Source: Cetorhinus maximus
Taxonomy: Eukaryota
DNA: 64,000 nucleotides
Direction of reading: 5' to 3'
NCBI RefSeq assembly: GCF_964194155.1
Contig: NC_135892.1
Coordinates: 29,140,001-29,204,000, forward strand
Of this stretch, positions 37,901-47,323 are shown one piece after another. Within the stretch, counting starts at the first letter, position 1. Each line of letters begins with the position of its first letter. The translations under genes were made by a program, and so were the position numbers. The notes below the pieces were generated by a model. That model ran no database searches, was not told where the DNA came from, and was given only the letters and a program-made list of their open reading frames with translations.

Positions 37901-38379
37901 AATCTGCTTCCGGCCCTGCCGGATCGTCCAGCCGCATCGATGATGCAGTTGAAGTCCCCGCCCAGAATGACCGGCCTGGAGGTCGCCAGCAGCAGTGGGA
38001 GCTGCTGAAAAACCTCCAGCCGCTCAGCCCCTTGTGCCGGGCCGTACACGTTAATTAACCGGAGTGGAGCGTTCTTGTACATTACGTCTGCTACCAGGAG
38101 TCGCCCGCCCACCACCTCCTTGACCTCGGAGACGGTGAAGTTGCCTCCCCGCAGCAGAATACCCAGGCCGGAGGAACGAGAGTCGTTTCCGCCCGACCAG
38201 ATCGATGGCCCGTGGGACCACCATCGTGACCATTGCCTGTAGGAGCTGAGGTGCGGTATCGCACACTCCTGCAGAAACAACAGGTCAGCTTTGACCTTGG
38301 CTAGGTAGTCCAAGGTCGCAACACATCGCGTAGTAGATTTAATGCTACGCACATTTATGGATACAATCTTTAAACCCAT
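34972..38379 (-). CDS. Tx1-type ORF2: APE endonuclease, reverse transcriptase and C-terminal zinc-binding domain (1135 aa)
   Basis: APE motifs SINVRS, LQE, NVYGP, GGDFN, YTW, RIDF, SDH. RT motifs KTPGSDG, NWRPISLLNVDYKILSK, LDQEKAFDRISH, GVRQGCPLSP, YMDD. C-terminal CPRGGCGGEETVVHLLVDC. Confidence 0.96.
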   Translation of the reverse strand: MGLKIVSINVRSIKSTTRCVATLDYLAKVKADLLFLQECAIPHLSSYRQWSRWWSHGPSIWSGGNDSRSSGLGILLRGGNFTVSEVKEVVGGRLLVADVMYKNAPLRLINVYGPAQGAERLEVFQQLPLLLATSRPVILGGDFNCIIDAAGRSGRAGSRLDATSRSLMETVKDAKLHDVFSNPADGAQRRYTWSRPDGSIRSRIDFLFVSRAFTVRSTEVKPVFFSDHCLLLADCHLEEDLRVGRGAWKLNVQLLTPENIEELKRDYKGWRTVKPLFESLTHWWEVIKGSIKRFFIRKGTQKARKEQREMSRLQEKMQNLLRLQSMGVDVKEELQEVKGQQASHFASEASKIIFRSRVRSVEQDETCSRFFFQKVHRERSVISSLKEEDGSVKSSRSDILRISKSFYAGLYDVKPTDSTASQSFLSSITEVLDHSTRESLDKPLTPDELTKALESFEKSKTPGSDGLPAELYSALWDLIGPDLLEVYESMLLAGSMSESMRKGIITLIYKHKGEREEIRNWRPISLLNVDYKILSKVIANRVKSALELVIHPDQTCSVPGRKISDSLALLRDTIAYVQDRGVDTCLISLDQEKAFDRISHTYMGDVLSKMGFGEGIRNWIQLLYTNISSAVSINGWETDSFPIKSGVRQGCPLSPVLFVCCIEPFAESIRKDPGIRGVTIPGSGGTQVKASLYMDDVAVFCSDPLSVRRLMHVCDQFELASGAKVNRGKSEAMFFGNWADRSFVPFTVRADGLKVLGIWFGGTGACVRNWKERVAMVKRKLGMWERRSLSIAGKNLVIRCEVLSLLLYVAQVWPIPHSCATAITRAIFRFIWRSKMDRVCRDAMYKPLDKGGKNVPNIALILMATFVCGCIKRCVDPQYANTKCHYVLRFYLSPVLRRMGLATLPRNAPSSWTAPYHLSLVEKFMQKNTFDHKSIRQWSARNVLEALREKERVDPVGWFPEQTVKVIWQNASSPELSNKHQDVAWLVVRKALPVRSFLHARSLTPSARCPRGGCGGEETVVHLLVDCAFAKKVWREMQWLLSRFIPSSSVTQDSVLYGLFPGTHTETNIDCSWRIINSVKDALWSARNLLVFQHKELSPTDCCGLAQSKVQDYVLRDALKLGAAAAKAQWGRVAV

Positions 38380-38389
38380 TTTAAAGCAT

Positions 38390-39949
38390 TTATTCTCCTA
38401 CCAAACCCACTGTCTCTGAGAGTCCCAGACCTTTAGTCTGCTCCTTCATACCCGTAGTGAGCTCAAATTCCTTCACTTTGGATGGGCTGAGGTAGATCTC
38501 CTTGGCCGTGTTCTGCTCCAGTGGCATCTGGAGGTTCACGTAGTGAGCGGGTTTTGAGATGACCTTTGCTGGAGAAGCTTCTCCAAAACTCACCCCCTCT
38601 GGGGGGTTGCTGTTCCCGGCTTCCTGGAGCTGGGGTGCGATGATTGCCTCACTGCTCCCAGATTCCAGGGGCTGTGGTGCACTGGCCTCCTCAGGTTGCA
38701 GGCAAAGTTGGGGTGCGCTGGTCTCCTTGTTGTCTCCAATTTTCTGGAGCTCGGGTGTCTCGTCCTCCAACGCCCTGGAGCTTTGCCGCCTCTTCTGTCG
38801 GTGCCGCTCTGGCACTTCATCATCCGAAGAGCTGCTGCCCTTGTCATCCGTGTCGGATGGGAGACGCCTCTTGCCGCTTCTCTGGGAAACGCCTTTGCTT
38901 CTTCTTCGCTCCCTCTTACTTTTCTTGTTCTTCACCGTCCGCCACTCCCCCTGCTGCTTTTCCACTGCTGCCTCCTCCTCCATTGATTCGCTGTCCTGAG
39001 GGCTGGAAGGTTCAGGGGGTAGTGCTGTTGATTGGCTCTCTGTTGCCTCAATCTCTTTCTCCACCTTGTCTCTCTCTGTGTCCTCCTTTGTCCCGTTGAG
39101 CTCCCTGGGGGCCTTGGTGGTTGGAGTGACACGGAACCTTTCTTCTGCTTCCCCCTGGTCGGCTTTGGCTGCCTGTGCGTAAGTACGGCAGCGTTTGGGG
39201 CAGGTCCTGTAGAGGTGACTTGCCTCGCCACACAGGTTGCAGCACTTGGCCTGTTTGCAGTCTTTTGTCTGGTGCCCTTCCTGTTTGCAGATCTTGCAGA
39301 GGGAGGCGCTGCAGTTGGCCGCCACATGGCCAGCCTTGCCGCATGAGCGACAATGCTTGGGTTGCCCAGCGTAGACCAGGTAGCCCCGGTTTCCCCCGAT
39401 TGCGAAACTGGAAGGAGGGTGGAAAATGGCTCCCTTACCATCGGTCTTTAGCGTGACCTTAAACAGGCGTTTGCCTGTCCAGATCCCCAAGTCGTCTCGA
39501 ATCTCGGTGCCGCTCCCCACCTTATCGAAGTACCTGGTGAGGAAGGTGACCACGTCGGCGACAGGGACGAAGGGGTTGTACACATGCACCATCACCTCAC
39601 GTTCCCGTTGCAACGGCAGAGAAAAGTGCGGCTCCGCCGTCAGGATCTTCATCTCCGGCAGGTCTCTCTTCTCCTCGAACACCCTCAGGAGCCGGACGCA
39701 GTCTGCCACTCGCTTGAAAGTCACGTCAAAATAACCACCTTTGCGGGAGTCGTGCAGGGTGAAGATCTCCGTAGCTTGGAAGCCGCACGCCTTCAACAGG
39801 ATCCTCCTGGTGAAGAAGCCCCGATCCATAGGTGATCCTCCTTCGCTGTGGTTCACCGTGACTCGGACGGTGATAGGTAACCCACGGTATAGATTTGGAT
39901 TGCGATTGGTTATCGCCCTTCCATCCCGACCTTGCCATGGCAGGACCAT
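38390..39949 (-). CDS. Tx1-type ORF1: Gag-like nucleic-acid-binding protein with three CCHC zinc knuckles (ZCCHC3-like architecture)
   Basis: Three CX2CX4HX4C knuckles (CRSCGKAGHVAANC, CKICKQEGHQTKDC, CNLCGEASHLYRTC) and a basic/acidic low-complexity C-terminus. The first in-frame ATG (ACCATGG) is at 39949; the track's TTG start at 39982 lies inside the U2 fragment. Confidence 0.9.
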   Translation of the reverse strand: MVLPWQGRDGRAITNRNPNLYRGLPITVRVTVNHSEGGSPMDRGFFTRRILLKACGFQATEIFTLHDSRKGGYFDVTFKRVADCVRLLRVFEEKRDLPEMKILTAEPHFSLPLQREREVMVHVYNPFVPVADVVTFLTRYFDKVGSGTEIRDDLGIWTGKRLFKVTLKTDGKGAIFHPPSSFAIGGNRGYLVYAGQPKHCRSCGKAGHVAANCSASLCKICKQEGHQTKDCKQAKCCNLCGEASHLYRTCPKRCRTYAQAAKADQGEAEERFRVTPTTKAPRELNGTKEDTERDKVEKEIEATESQSTALPPEPSSPQDSESMEEEAAVEKQQGEWRTVKNKKSKRERRRSKGVSQRSGKRRLPSDTDDKGSSSSDDEVPERHRQKRRQSSRALEDETPELQKIGDNKETSAPQLCLQPEEASAPQPLESGSSEAIIAPQLQEAGNSNPPEGVSFGEASPAKVISKPAHYVNLQMPLEQNTAKEIYLSPSKVKEFELTTGMKEQTKGLGLSETVGLVGE

Positions 39950-39964
39950 GGTGTCGCCCCTGCA

Positions 39965-39998
39965 ACACTTGATCTTAGCCAAAAGGCCGAGAAGCGAT
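39965..39998 (-). pseudogene. U2 snRNA 5' fragment (nt 1-34) forming the head of the Tx1 element
   Basis: Minus strand reads ATCGCTTCTCGGCCTTTTGGCTAAGATCAAGTGT, identical to the recalled vertebrate U2 5' end starting at +1. The rest of U2 is not present at the element's 3' junction. Confidence 0.95.
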
Positions 39999-40155
39999 CT
40001 ATCTCATTGTTATTTTATTACTGTATGCGGTACTTTGCTATGTGCAGATTGGCTGCCATGTCTCCAACATCACAACAGTGGCTACACTTCAAAAGCACTT
40101 CACTGGCTGTAAGCAATTTGGGAAGTCCTGAAGTCATGAGAGGCGGGATAGATAT
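39999..40155 (+). mobile_element. Deu-domain SINE 3' fragment forming the insertion site of the Tx1 element
   Basis: ctatctcattgttattttattactgtatgcgg...ggctgccatgtctccaacatcacaacagtggctacacttcaaaag matches the SINE copy at 53965-54110. Confidence 0.7.
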
Positions 40156-40944
40156 ATTTTTTAAAAATAAAATAAAATGCTGACAATTTTAAATAAAAAC
40201 ATAAAAAGCTAGAAATGCACCTCAGGGCAAATTGCACCTGAAATAATAATCTTTTCTGCTTTTTCAATTGCTGATTGATTACTTTGCATTTTCTGCATTA
40301 TTACAAATTGGATAACCCGATTAAATCCATATCAACGCATTCAAATATTGTGCTTGCACTTAAGTCTTGACATCAGTGCATGACATACTGAGAGATGCAA
40401 AAGACCAAAACCTTATTTGGTGCATTCAGTACTCCAAACCTTCTGCTATCAGAGCAATTTGGGAACCTCAAACAGTCTTAATTGCAAGTCAGTCACAGAG
40501 AAATGAAACAGTTGTTAATCGAGTCTTAACAAACATGTCTGATTTTAAATCAACAATTACAGTGATTACCGTACAGACCCATTAATTAGTCAGGTGTGTT
40601 TCTGTATTATGTGCATAACATCCAAAACCTCCTAGCAATTCTAAGTAACTACTCTAGAATATTCAAACATCTGTGCATATAAACTAATCTCTCTGAACTA
40701 CAAAGGACAGTTAAGAATGTGATTCCTAAGTGATTGCGTTTTGTGTTTCTAGCAGGTTGGATATGAATGCCCTTGCCTGTTAAAGTTGCCTCAGGAGAAC
40801 CTTACTGTGTTAACAAGATCCAATTTGTCAACATTTTATCAATGGATGCTTTGACCCTTTTTATTCATCATCCTGGCCTTGCTTTTCTTTCCTCTAGTTT
40901 AATTGCCCCATTTGTAATGTTAGGCTGTTCCACAAATACCAGTA

Positions 40945-42050
40945 AAGAAAAGGAAGATTTGCATATATATAGCACCTTTCATGATCTCAGAACATTCCAA
41001 AGCACTTTACAGCCAGTGACATACGTTGCAATGTAGAAAATGTGGAAGCCAATCTGTGCACAGCAAGGTCCCTAAAGAGATAATGGCCTGAGTTTTTCCT
41101 GCATCGGGCGGGCTCAGCAGGAGCAGTCGCAGAGCTGACCGCCACCCACAATCGGCTCCATGCTGCCATTTTATTCAGGCGAGCCAATTAAGGCCCGCCC
41201 AGCGTAAAATGTGAGCGGTAGCGCTCAGCACTACCTGTATGGACGGGGGGCAGGAGGGAGAATCGGGACCAGCGCTGTTTCACGCATGCGTGCGAAAGAG
41301 CGCTTCAATCTCCCGGAGCTGCCTCAGGGAGATTGAAGTGCTTTTGAAATAAATAAATGGAATAAAAATTTAATTAAACATGTCCCCTCATGTGACTGTG
41401 TCACATGAGATGGGACATATTTTGATATTTCAGAATTTTTAAAAATTTAATTAATAAAAGCTTGAGGAAGCCTCATTCTGCTCGTGGATGAGGTTTCCTA
41501 AAAAATGTAAAGGCTGCTTGGCCTTTTCGCCTGCCTGTCAACCGTAAGGTTGGACGGGCAATGTAAAGTTGACCTTAACTACTTCCTTAATGGCCTTAAT
41601 AGGCCTCTTAAATATCAGTGGGTGAGCAGCTGACACTGGCATGCACCCACTGAGCAAAACATCGCGAGACAGCGCGATGATGCCGGAACGCATGCCCAAC
41701 TTCACCACACGTCATTTTATGTGCCGGCATGTCGGGCCACTCCCCGCACACCAACTGAAAAATCCTGCCCAATGTGATAATGATCAGATGATCTGTCTTT
41801 TTAGTGATATTAGTTGGGGGATAAATAATCGCAGGACAACAAGGATAACTCCCCTGCTCTTCTTAGAAACACTGCCATTGGAGCTTTTGTGTCCATCTGA
41901 GAGGTCAGATGGGGCATTTGTTTAACATCTCATCTGAAAGGCAGCACTCTGACAGTGCAATGCTCCCTCAGCACTGCACTGAAATGTCAGCCTAAATCTT
42001 GTGCTCAAGCCCTTGAAGTGGGATTTGGACCAACAACTTTCCAAATCCAA
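40945..42050 (-). mobile_element. Deu-domain SINE interrupted by MITE 41085-41770
   Basis: Tail complement ttgcatatatatagcacctttcatgatctcag; core complement gacagtgcaatgctccctcagcactgcactg. Confidence 0.8.
41085..41770. mobile_element. Harbinger MITE (family of copies A/B) inserted in a Deu-type SINE
   Basis: Ends ggcctgagttttt / aaaaatcctgccc with TSD AAT. The SINE sequence resumes exactly across the insertion. Confidence 0.88.
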
Positions 42051-42119
42051 GACCACAGTTGATATAGTAATTATGTTTAATTTGCAAAATGTTACAAGGT
42101 GCTTTACAGGTACAGGAGC

Positions 42120-43372
42120 ATAGCAGCTACGTTACTGGACTGGTAATCCAACAAGTTTAAATTAATGATCAGGAGACATTGGCCTGGATTTTCATGAAGA
42201 CCCCCAGGACCTTCCAAAATGACCAGACCTTTAAAAATTAAAAAAAATACTTCCCTGTTTCTGTGAAAGTTGAAAAAAATCTATTCAATAGCTATTTGTT
42301 GATATAACCCTAAATGCTATAATTATAACATTATTTCCACATATCATAATCATAGTTGGGGGGGGGGGGGGTTGTGGTGGTTATAAGTTCAAAGTTTGAT
42401 TGATAGCTCAAAGAGGTTTTTAAATGATTAGATGTTTTTAATGTGGGGTTACAAATACAAATATTTGGTTTTATATCGGATTAAGAACTTGAGGAGATTT
42501 AAATATATTAAATGGGTTTTCATGATGCAAGATTTTTTATATAGTGAAGTCTGTAATAGATATTTAGTATTTTATTTCATTTCAGCATGGTTCATGAGGT
42601 CGGCCTATGGTGGATACTGGGTGAGCTGCTAAGGAGATGTAAGGGTAAAGCGTGATAGGTGAGGGTCATGACTTGGCATGGATTGGCACTGTTGGCATAG
42701 GGGCTGTAAGGGGCAATGGGAATGAGTGGGGGCATAGGTTGGCATGGAGTGTATGAGAAGCCATTGAGGGTGGGTGGGGCATGTGTGAGTATGAGTTGGC
42801 ATGGATGGGCATGGGATGTGGGTGGGGAATGAGGTGTAAAGGGGTGAGGACTGGAGAGCCTAATCTTTAAGGAAACAGCTGGGACCAAGTTCCAGAGAAC
42901 TGAGGCGGGCCTTTTAAACAGCCCGCCCCAGCACTTGGCAGCCCCTTTGGCCACCTCTGATCTGCATTGAGGAGGAAGTGGGCCTGATTCCATCCCATGC
43001 CACCCCCCCCCCCACTCCCCGCACCCCCCCACCGCCCCCACCCTGCCCCACGGCCTCCCAAACCCGGAGCATATTTTCCTGAGGTGTGCGTGCCAAGTCA
43101 AGAAATTTGCACACTCCCACTATCCTGCTCGGGAGCAAACTTCCAGACCATTGAGTTCAATCCCCATGACAACAGGAAAATTTAATTAATTAAATAAATC
43201 TGCAATAAAAGAATCTCAGATTAGTAATAGTTACCACAGAACTATTGGATTGTCATAAAAATCCATCTTGCTCAATTATGTCCTGCAGGGAAGGAAATCT
43301 GCCATCCTTTCCTGGTCTGGCCTACATGTGACTCTTATTTGCCCTCTGAAATGACCAGCAAGCCACTCAATT
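42120..43372 (+). mobile_element. HE1-type SINE interrupted by a MITE
   Basis: gttactggactggtaatcca ...[MITE]... gagttcaatccc ... gggaaggaaatctgccatcctt..ctggtctggcctacatgtgactc. Confidence 0.7.
42181..43149. mobile_element. Harbinger-type MITE (different internal family) inserted in an HE1-type SINE
   Basis: Ends ggcctggatttt / aaacttccagacc with TSD ATT. Internal ggcatgg-rich tract. Confidence 0.75.
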
Positions 43373-43957
43373 ACAACAAACTGATTAGAAAAACAATAAG
43401 AATAAATCCAGTTAGACTACCTGTCACTAAATTAGCCACCGGATATGACAAAGGCACACCCAGCAAAGTCCTCCTTACTATCATGTGGGGACTTGTGCCA
43501 TTATTAGGAGAGCTGTCCCACAGAGTAACCAAGCAATAGTCCGACATAGTCATATCAACAAAATCATACCTTTCCACCAATATCCCAGACTCCCTTGTCT
43601 CATTGCCATCCCTTGTCCCACAGGTAAGATAGACCCACCAGAGGTGGTAGCACTGTGGTATATATTAAAGAGCAAGTGGCCCTAGGAGTTCTCATCATTG
43701 ACTGTGGACCTCATGAAGTCTCATGGTGGCAGGCAGAGGCAAGAAGTCTTCCTGCAGATTGCCATGTACCACCCTCACACATTTGATGAATGAGTACTCC
43801 ACCCTGGAGGAGGAGGGCAGCATTTGACTGAGTTTGGCATCGTGGAGGAAAATTGAAGTCAGTGAGAATCGGGGGGAAACTCTCCATTAGCTAGAGCCAT
43901 ACCTAGTACAAAGGAAGATGATTGTTGGTGGCCAATCTTCTCAGCTTCAACATTCAC

Positions 43958-46400
43958 GCGATATTTTGCTCGGTTGGAGTGGCACCCGCCATAAATTAAG
44001 TGACTACTTAAGACCCTTAACAGTCGAATTGACTGTGCTTTTTCCTTGCCCGTGCGATTTTCTGCTCATTGCACGGGCAAATGGGCAAGCGGCCAGCTGA
44101 CATTTTCACAAACCTCATCCAAGGGTGGGATAAAAAGGGTCAGCATCATTGCCAGTGTGAGTAGTGAGGAGTTTTGGAGATAGTTTGCTGTTGGTTGCTT
44201 ATTGGTACTTGACAGCTTCATCTCTGTTTGGGGCCTCATTCTTAGCATTTCCAGGCTTCATTTCAGGACTCATTGCTGTCTGCCAGGCCCCCAGAGTATT
44301 CAGACCATGTGGACCCTTCCAGGTATCAGACAGCCTTCCCTTACCCTGGTAATGGGGATTGTGGACTCTGCTGGAGGCATCTCCTCTGAGGAGGAAGAGA
44401 GGGGCAGAAGGGAGAGGAGGCCAGATGTCTCAATGCAGCTTCCAGGGGAGGGACCTGTGAGAGGAGAGGCGCAGGCACAAAGGACGCAGGGCCAGCAAGA
44501 AATGAAAGGCGGAAGGGGCCAGGGTTTACAGGCGGCGATGCAGCTACCTCAGTATGCCCGAGGTGCAATGTCGAAGGAGGGTCCGCCTTTCAAGGGAGAA
44601 CGTGACCTCCATTTGCCAAATGATTGGGCCTGAGATCAGCTCCGACTGTGTGGGTGGACACCCTATGCCAGTGGCTCTGATGGTCACTGGTTCTTTCCAG
44701 GTGTCAGTGGGGGAGCTGTGTGGAGTCTCCCAGTTAGCTGTCCACAGTTGCTTCAAGCTGGTGACAGAAGCTCTGTTCAGACGGGTACTGACCTTTATTC
44801 TTTACCGTACGGACGAGGCCAGCTAGGCTGAGTGAGCCAGAGGTTTTGCAGCGGTCGCTGCCTTCCCCCGCGTCCAGGGTGCAATAGACTGCACACATGT
44901 GGCCATCAAGGTGCCAGCAGATGAGCCGGGTGCCTTCGTCAACAGGAAGGGCTTACACTCCATGAACGTGCAGATAGTGTGTCATCACAAGATGCAGATT
45001 CTACAAGTCTGTGCAAGGTACCCTGGCAGCTCCCATGACACTTACATTCTCAGGCACTCCCAGGTGCTGAGGCTCTTCAGTGTTCCGGCCCGACTGGATG
45101 GATGGCTGCTGAGTGATAAAGGCTGTCCTTTGAAGAGGTGGCTCATGACGCCTCTCCACCACCCAAGAACAGAGGCTGGAAGCGTTACAATACGAGTCAT
45201 GCCTCCAAAAGAGTGGTGGTAGAGAGGACCATAGGTCTTCTCAAGATGCGCTTCCGATGCCTGGACCGTTCAAGGGGTGCACTGCAGAACCCCCCAGAGT
45301 GGGTGTCACTGATAGTGGTTGCAGGCTGCACTCTCCACAGTCTGGCACTGGAAAGGGGGACCCACTGGAGGAAGAGGATCTTGAGGCAGCTGCACAGGAC
45401 ACAGATGATGAGTCCAGTAGTGGGTCAGAAGAGGAGCACAGTGAGGAGAACGCTGAGGGCATGGAGGCAGACCTCGGTAACCTGCAAGGAGGTAGGAACA
45501 CCAGAGATGCCTTGATCCAACGCTCCTTCAGCTAGATTATCAAAGATCAGCTTCAAACGCCTCCTTCAGCTGCCGCCTCCATCTCGGATGTCTGAAAGGG
45601 CACTTTCATTTGAACACAAAGAACACTCAGTGCTTGTGCAATAAAGTTCAGAGCCATCTTCACCCAGCATTACATACTGGCGTTCCCCGCAACAATGAAA
45701 TAAAAAAGTGAAGCATACACAGGCCATGAAGACAAAAACACAATTTATGTCATTTTCACAATTCAATAATGTTAACAGAAAGGTTTCTGGTATTCAACAC
45801 GGGACCAGTATACATAAAGTTGACAAAAATGAACATAAAATCACCCATGAGCTATACCTCTTGTGCTCATGGTGCCTTTAACTTATGTTTGTAAGTGCTA
45901 CATCTAAGTGCTCCCAAATTGGCACTGACCAGTGGCTCATCCATCTCCCACACTGACACTGACCACCTGAGGTCAGTGCTTGTGTATGGGCTTGCAGGTC
46001 CAAGGGCAACCTCAGGAACCATTGATTCTGTCCCTGGAGCTCTGTCTCCATGAGAGTCGCCATTCTCTCAATGGAGGAGGCAGTGTGCTCGGCCGTGACA
46101 GTCAACACAGTGCTCATGCTTCGCCTGGACTCCTCCATCACGGAGATCATGGCATGCAGACCCTCATGGATCTCCGCCAGATGCTCCCATACATCTCACT
46201 GGACATCCAGCATCTGCCTCCTAATGGATGACCCCAGAGGCTCATATCAGCCTTTGACTGAGCATCGTCCTGGTCTACAGCAGTCCTCCGACTGCCGTCG
46301 CCCTGGGCACTCTCTGCCTCCGCTTGCACCTCAAATGATTGTGAAGTGCCCTCACCAATGTGCACCGATATACTAGCCGCCGCTCTAATGCCCACCGGTG
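43958..46400 (+). mobile_element. Decayed PIF/Harbinger transposon, copy B (same family as A, opposite orientation)
   Basis: 43958-44145 matches the reverse complement of copy A's transposase-side subterminal region. Transposase at 44352-45535; last-exon remnant of the Myb-type gene on minus at ~45878-46400 (AEHTASSIERMATLM versus copy A SERHASSMERAATLM). Confidence 0.85.
44352..45535 (+). pseudogene. Harbinger DDE transposase pseudogene (copy B), nearly full length
   Basis: [62 protein letters not shown] and an acidic tail. Broken by stops and frameshifts across ORFs 44554, 44899, 45138 and 45257. Confidence 0.92.
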
Positions 46401-46660
46401 GTCCTCTGGTGAGGGCGAAGATTTATTCAACTGCATAAGTTGTGAGGTGTGCTCAAGTTTGTTGGTCCTCAGGGAACCCAGAAGACTTGGGGCAGTGAAT
46501 CTTCAGGAAGGTGGAATCTAGTGCAAGGACACTTGCAGTTATTAGAGCTGGCATGCACAGTGATAGCAATGGTCAGCAATGGCCTGAAACTTAGCTGTTG
46601 TCTTTATTGTGAATGGTTGGCATGTATGCAGGTCAGAGGTCATTTAATCATGTATTTCAT

Positions 46661-47323
46661 GGCCTGGATTTTTCCTATGGCGGGCGGGGGCGGGCGCGGA
46701 GCCAATCACCGTCCCCGATCGACTGCACACCACCATTAAGCGGGTGGGCCAATTAAGGCCCGCCCAGCATAATACGCATTCCATAGCGCTCAGTGCTACC
46801 TGTGCAGGCTGGGCGAGGAGGAAGAGTCGGGGCCAGCGCTCTTTCACACATGCACGCAAAGGAGCGCTTCAATATCTCTGAGGCACAGAGCTGCCTCAGG
46901 GAGATTGAATGAATATGACAGTAATTAAAGAATCGGTTTAAAAATTTATTCAAACACGTACAGTCACATGAATTGGGACATGTTTGTAAAGGTGGGTAAA
47001 TTTATTTATTTATTTTATAAAAGCTTCAGGAAACCTCATCCCACCCATGGATGAGGTTTCCTGAAAAATACGAATGCCGCTTGGGCTTTTTGCCAGCCTG
47101 CCAACCTTAAGATTGGACGGATAGATTTCTTAACTAGTTTAATTCATTTCTCAATGACCTTAATAGGCCCTTAATCATTTCAGCGGTCGTGCAGCCGACT
47201 CCGGCGCGTGCCTGCCGAACGAAATATCACGATGACTTCGGGGGACACACCTGACATCATCGCGCGTCATTTTACGCGTCAGCATGTCAGGCCCGCCCCC
47301 GCACGCAGACCCCATGAATTCCC
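46661..47323. mobile_element. Harbinger MITE (family of copies A/B)
   Basis: Begins ggcctggattttt and is colinear with 41085-41770. Right TIR is degenerate. Confidence 0.8.

Larger units (their letters stand above)
34741..39998 (-). mobile_element. Full-length Tx1-clade (L1 group) non-LTR retrotransposon, Keno-like, with a U2 snRNA-derived 5' end
   Basis: Two uninterrupted ORFs, a ~220-nt 3' UTR with AATAAA (plus-strand tttatt at 34762-34767), an A9 tail (T9 at 34741-34749), and a 7-bp direct repeat CTATCTC at 34734-34740 and 39999-40005. CpG-rich relative to the flanks. Confidence 0.95.

Noticed and set aside
35059-39835. Many plus-strand and alternative-frame ORFs overlapping the Tx1 element
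   Set aside because: Shadow ORFs of a GC-rich coding sequence with no recognisable motifs.
39950-39982. ORF-track N-terminus MAKIKCCRGDT for ORF1
   Set aside because: It starts at a TTG inside the U2-derived head; the first in-frame ATG with good context is at 39949.
39965-39998. Functional U2 snRNA gene
   Set aside because: Only nt 1-34 are present; there is no Sm site or 3' stem-loops, and the upstream flank is SINE sequence.
40756-40855. Possible terminal exon after ttttgtgtttctagcag (VGYECPCLLKLPQ...)
   Set aside because: The acceptor looks plausible, but the peptide is unrecognisable and nothing else supports it.
44352-45535. Domesticated HARBI1 host gene
   Set aside because: Multiple stops and frameshifts, a second decayed copy nearby, and transposon context with a Myb partner and MITE-matching ends.
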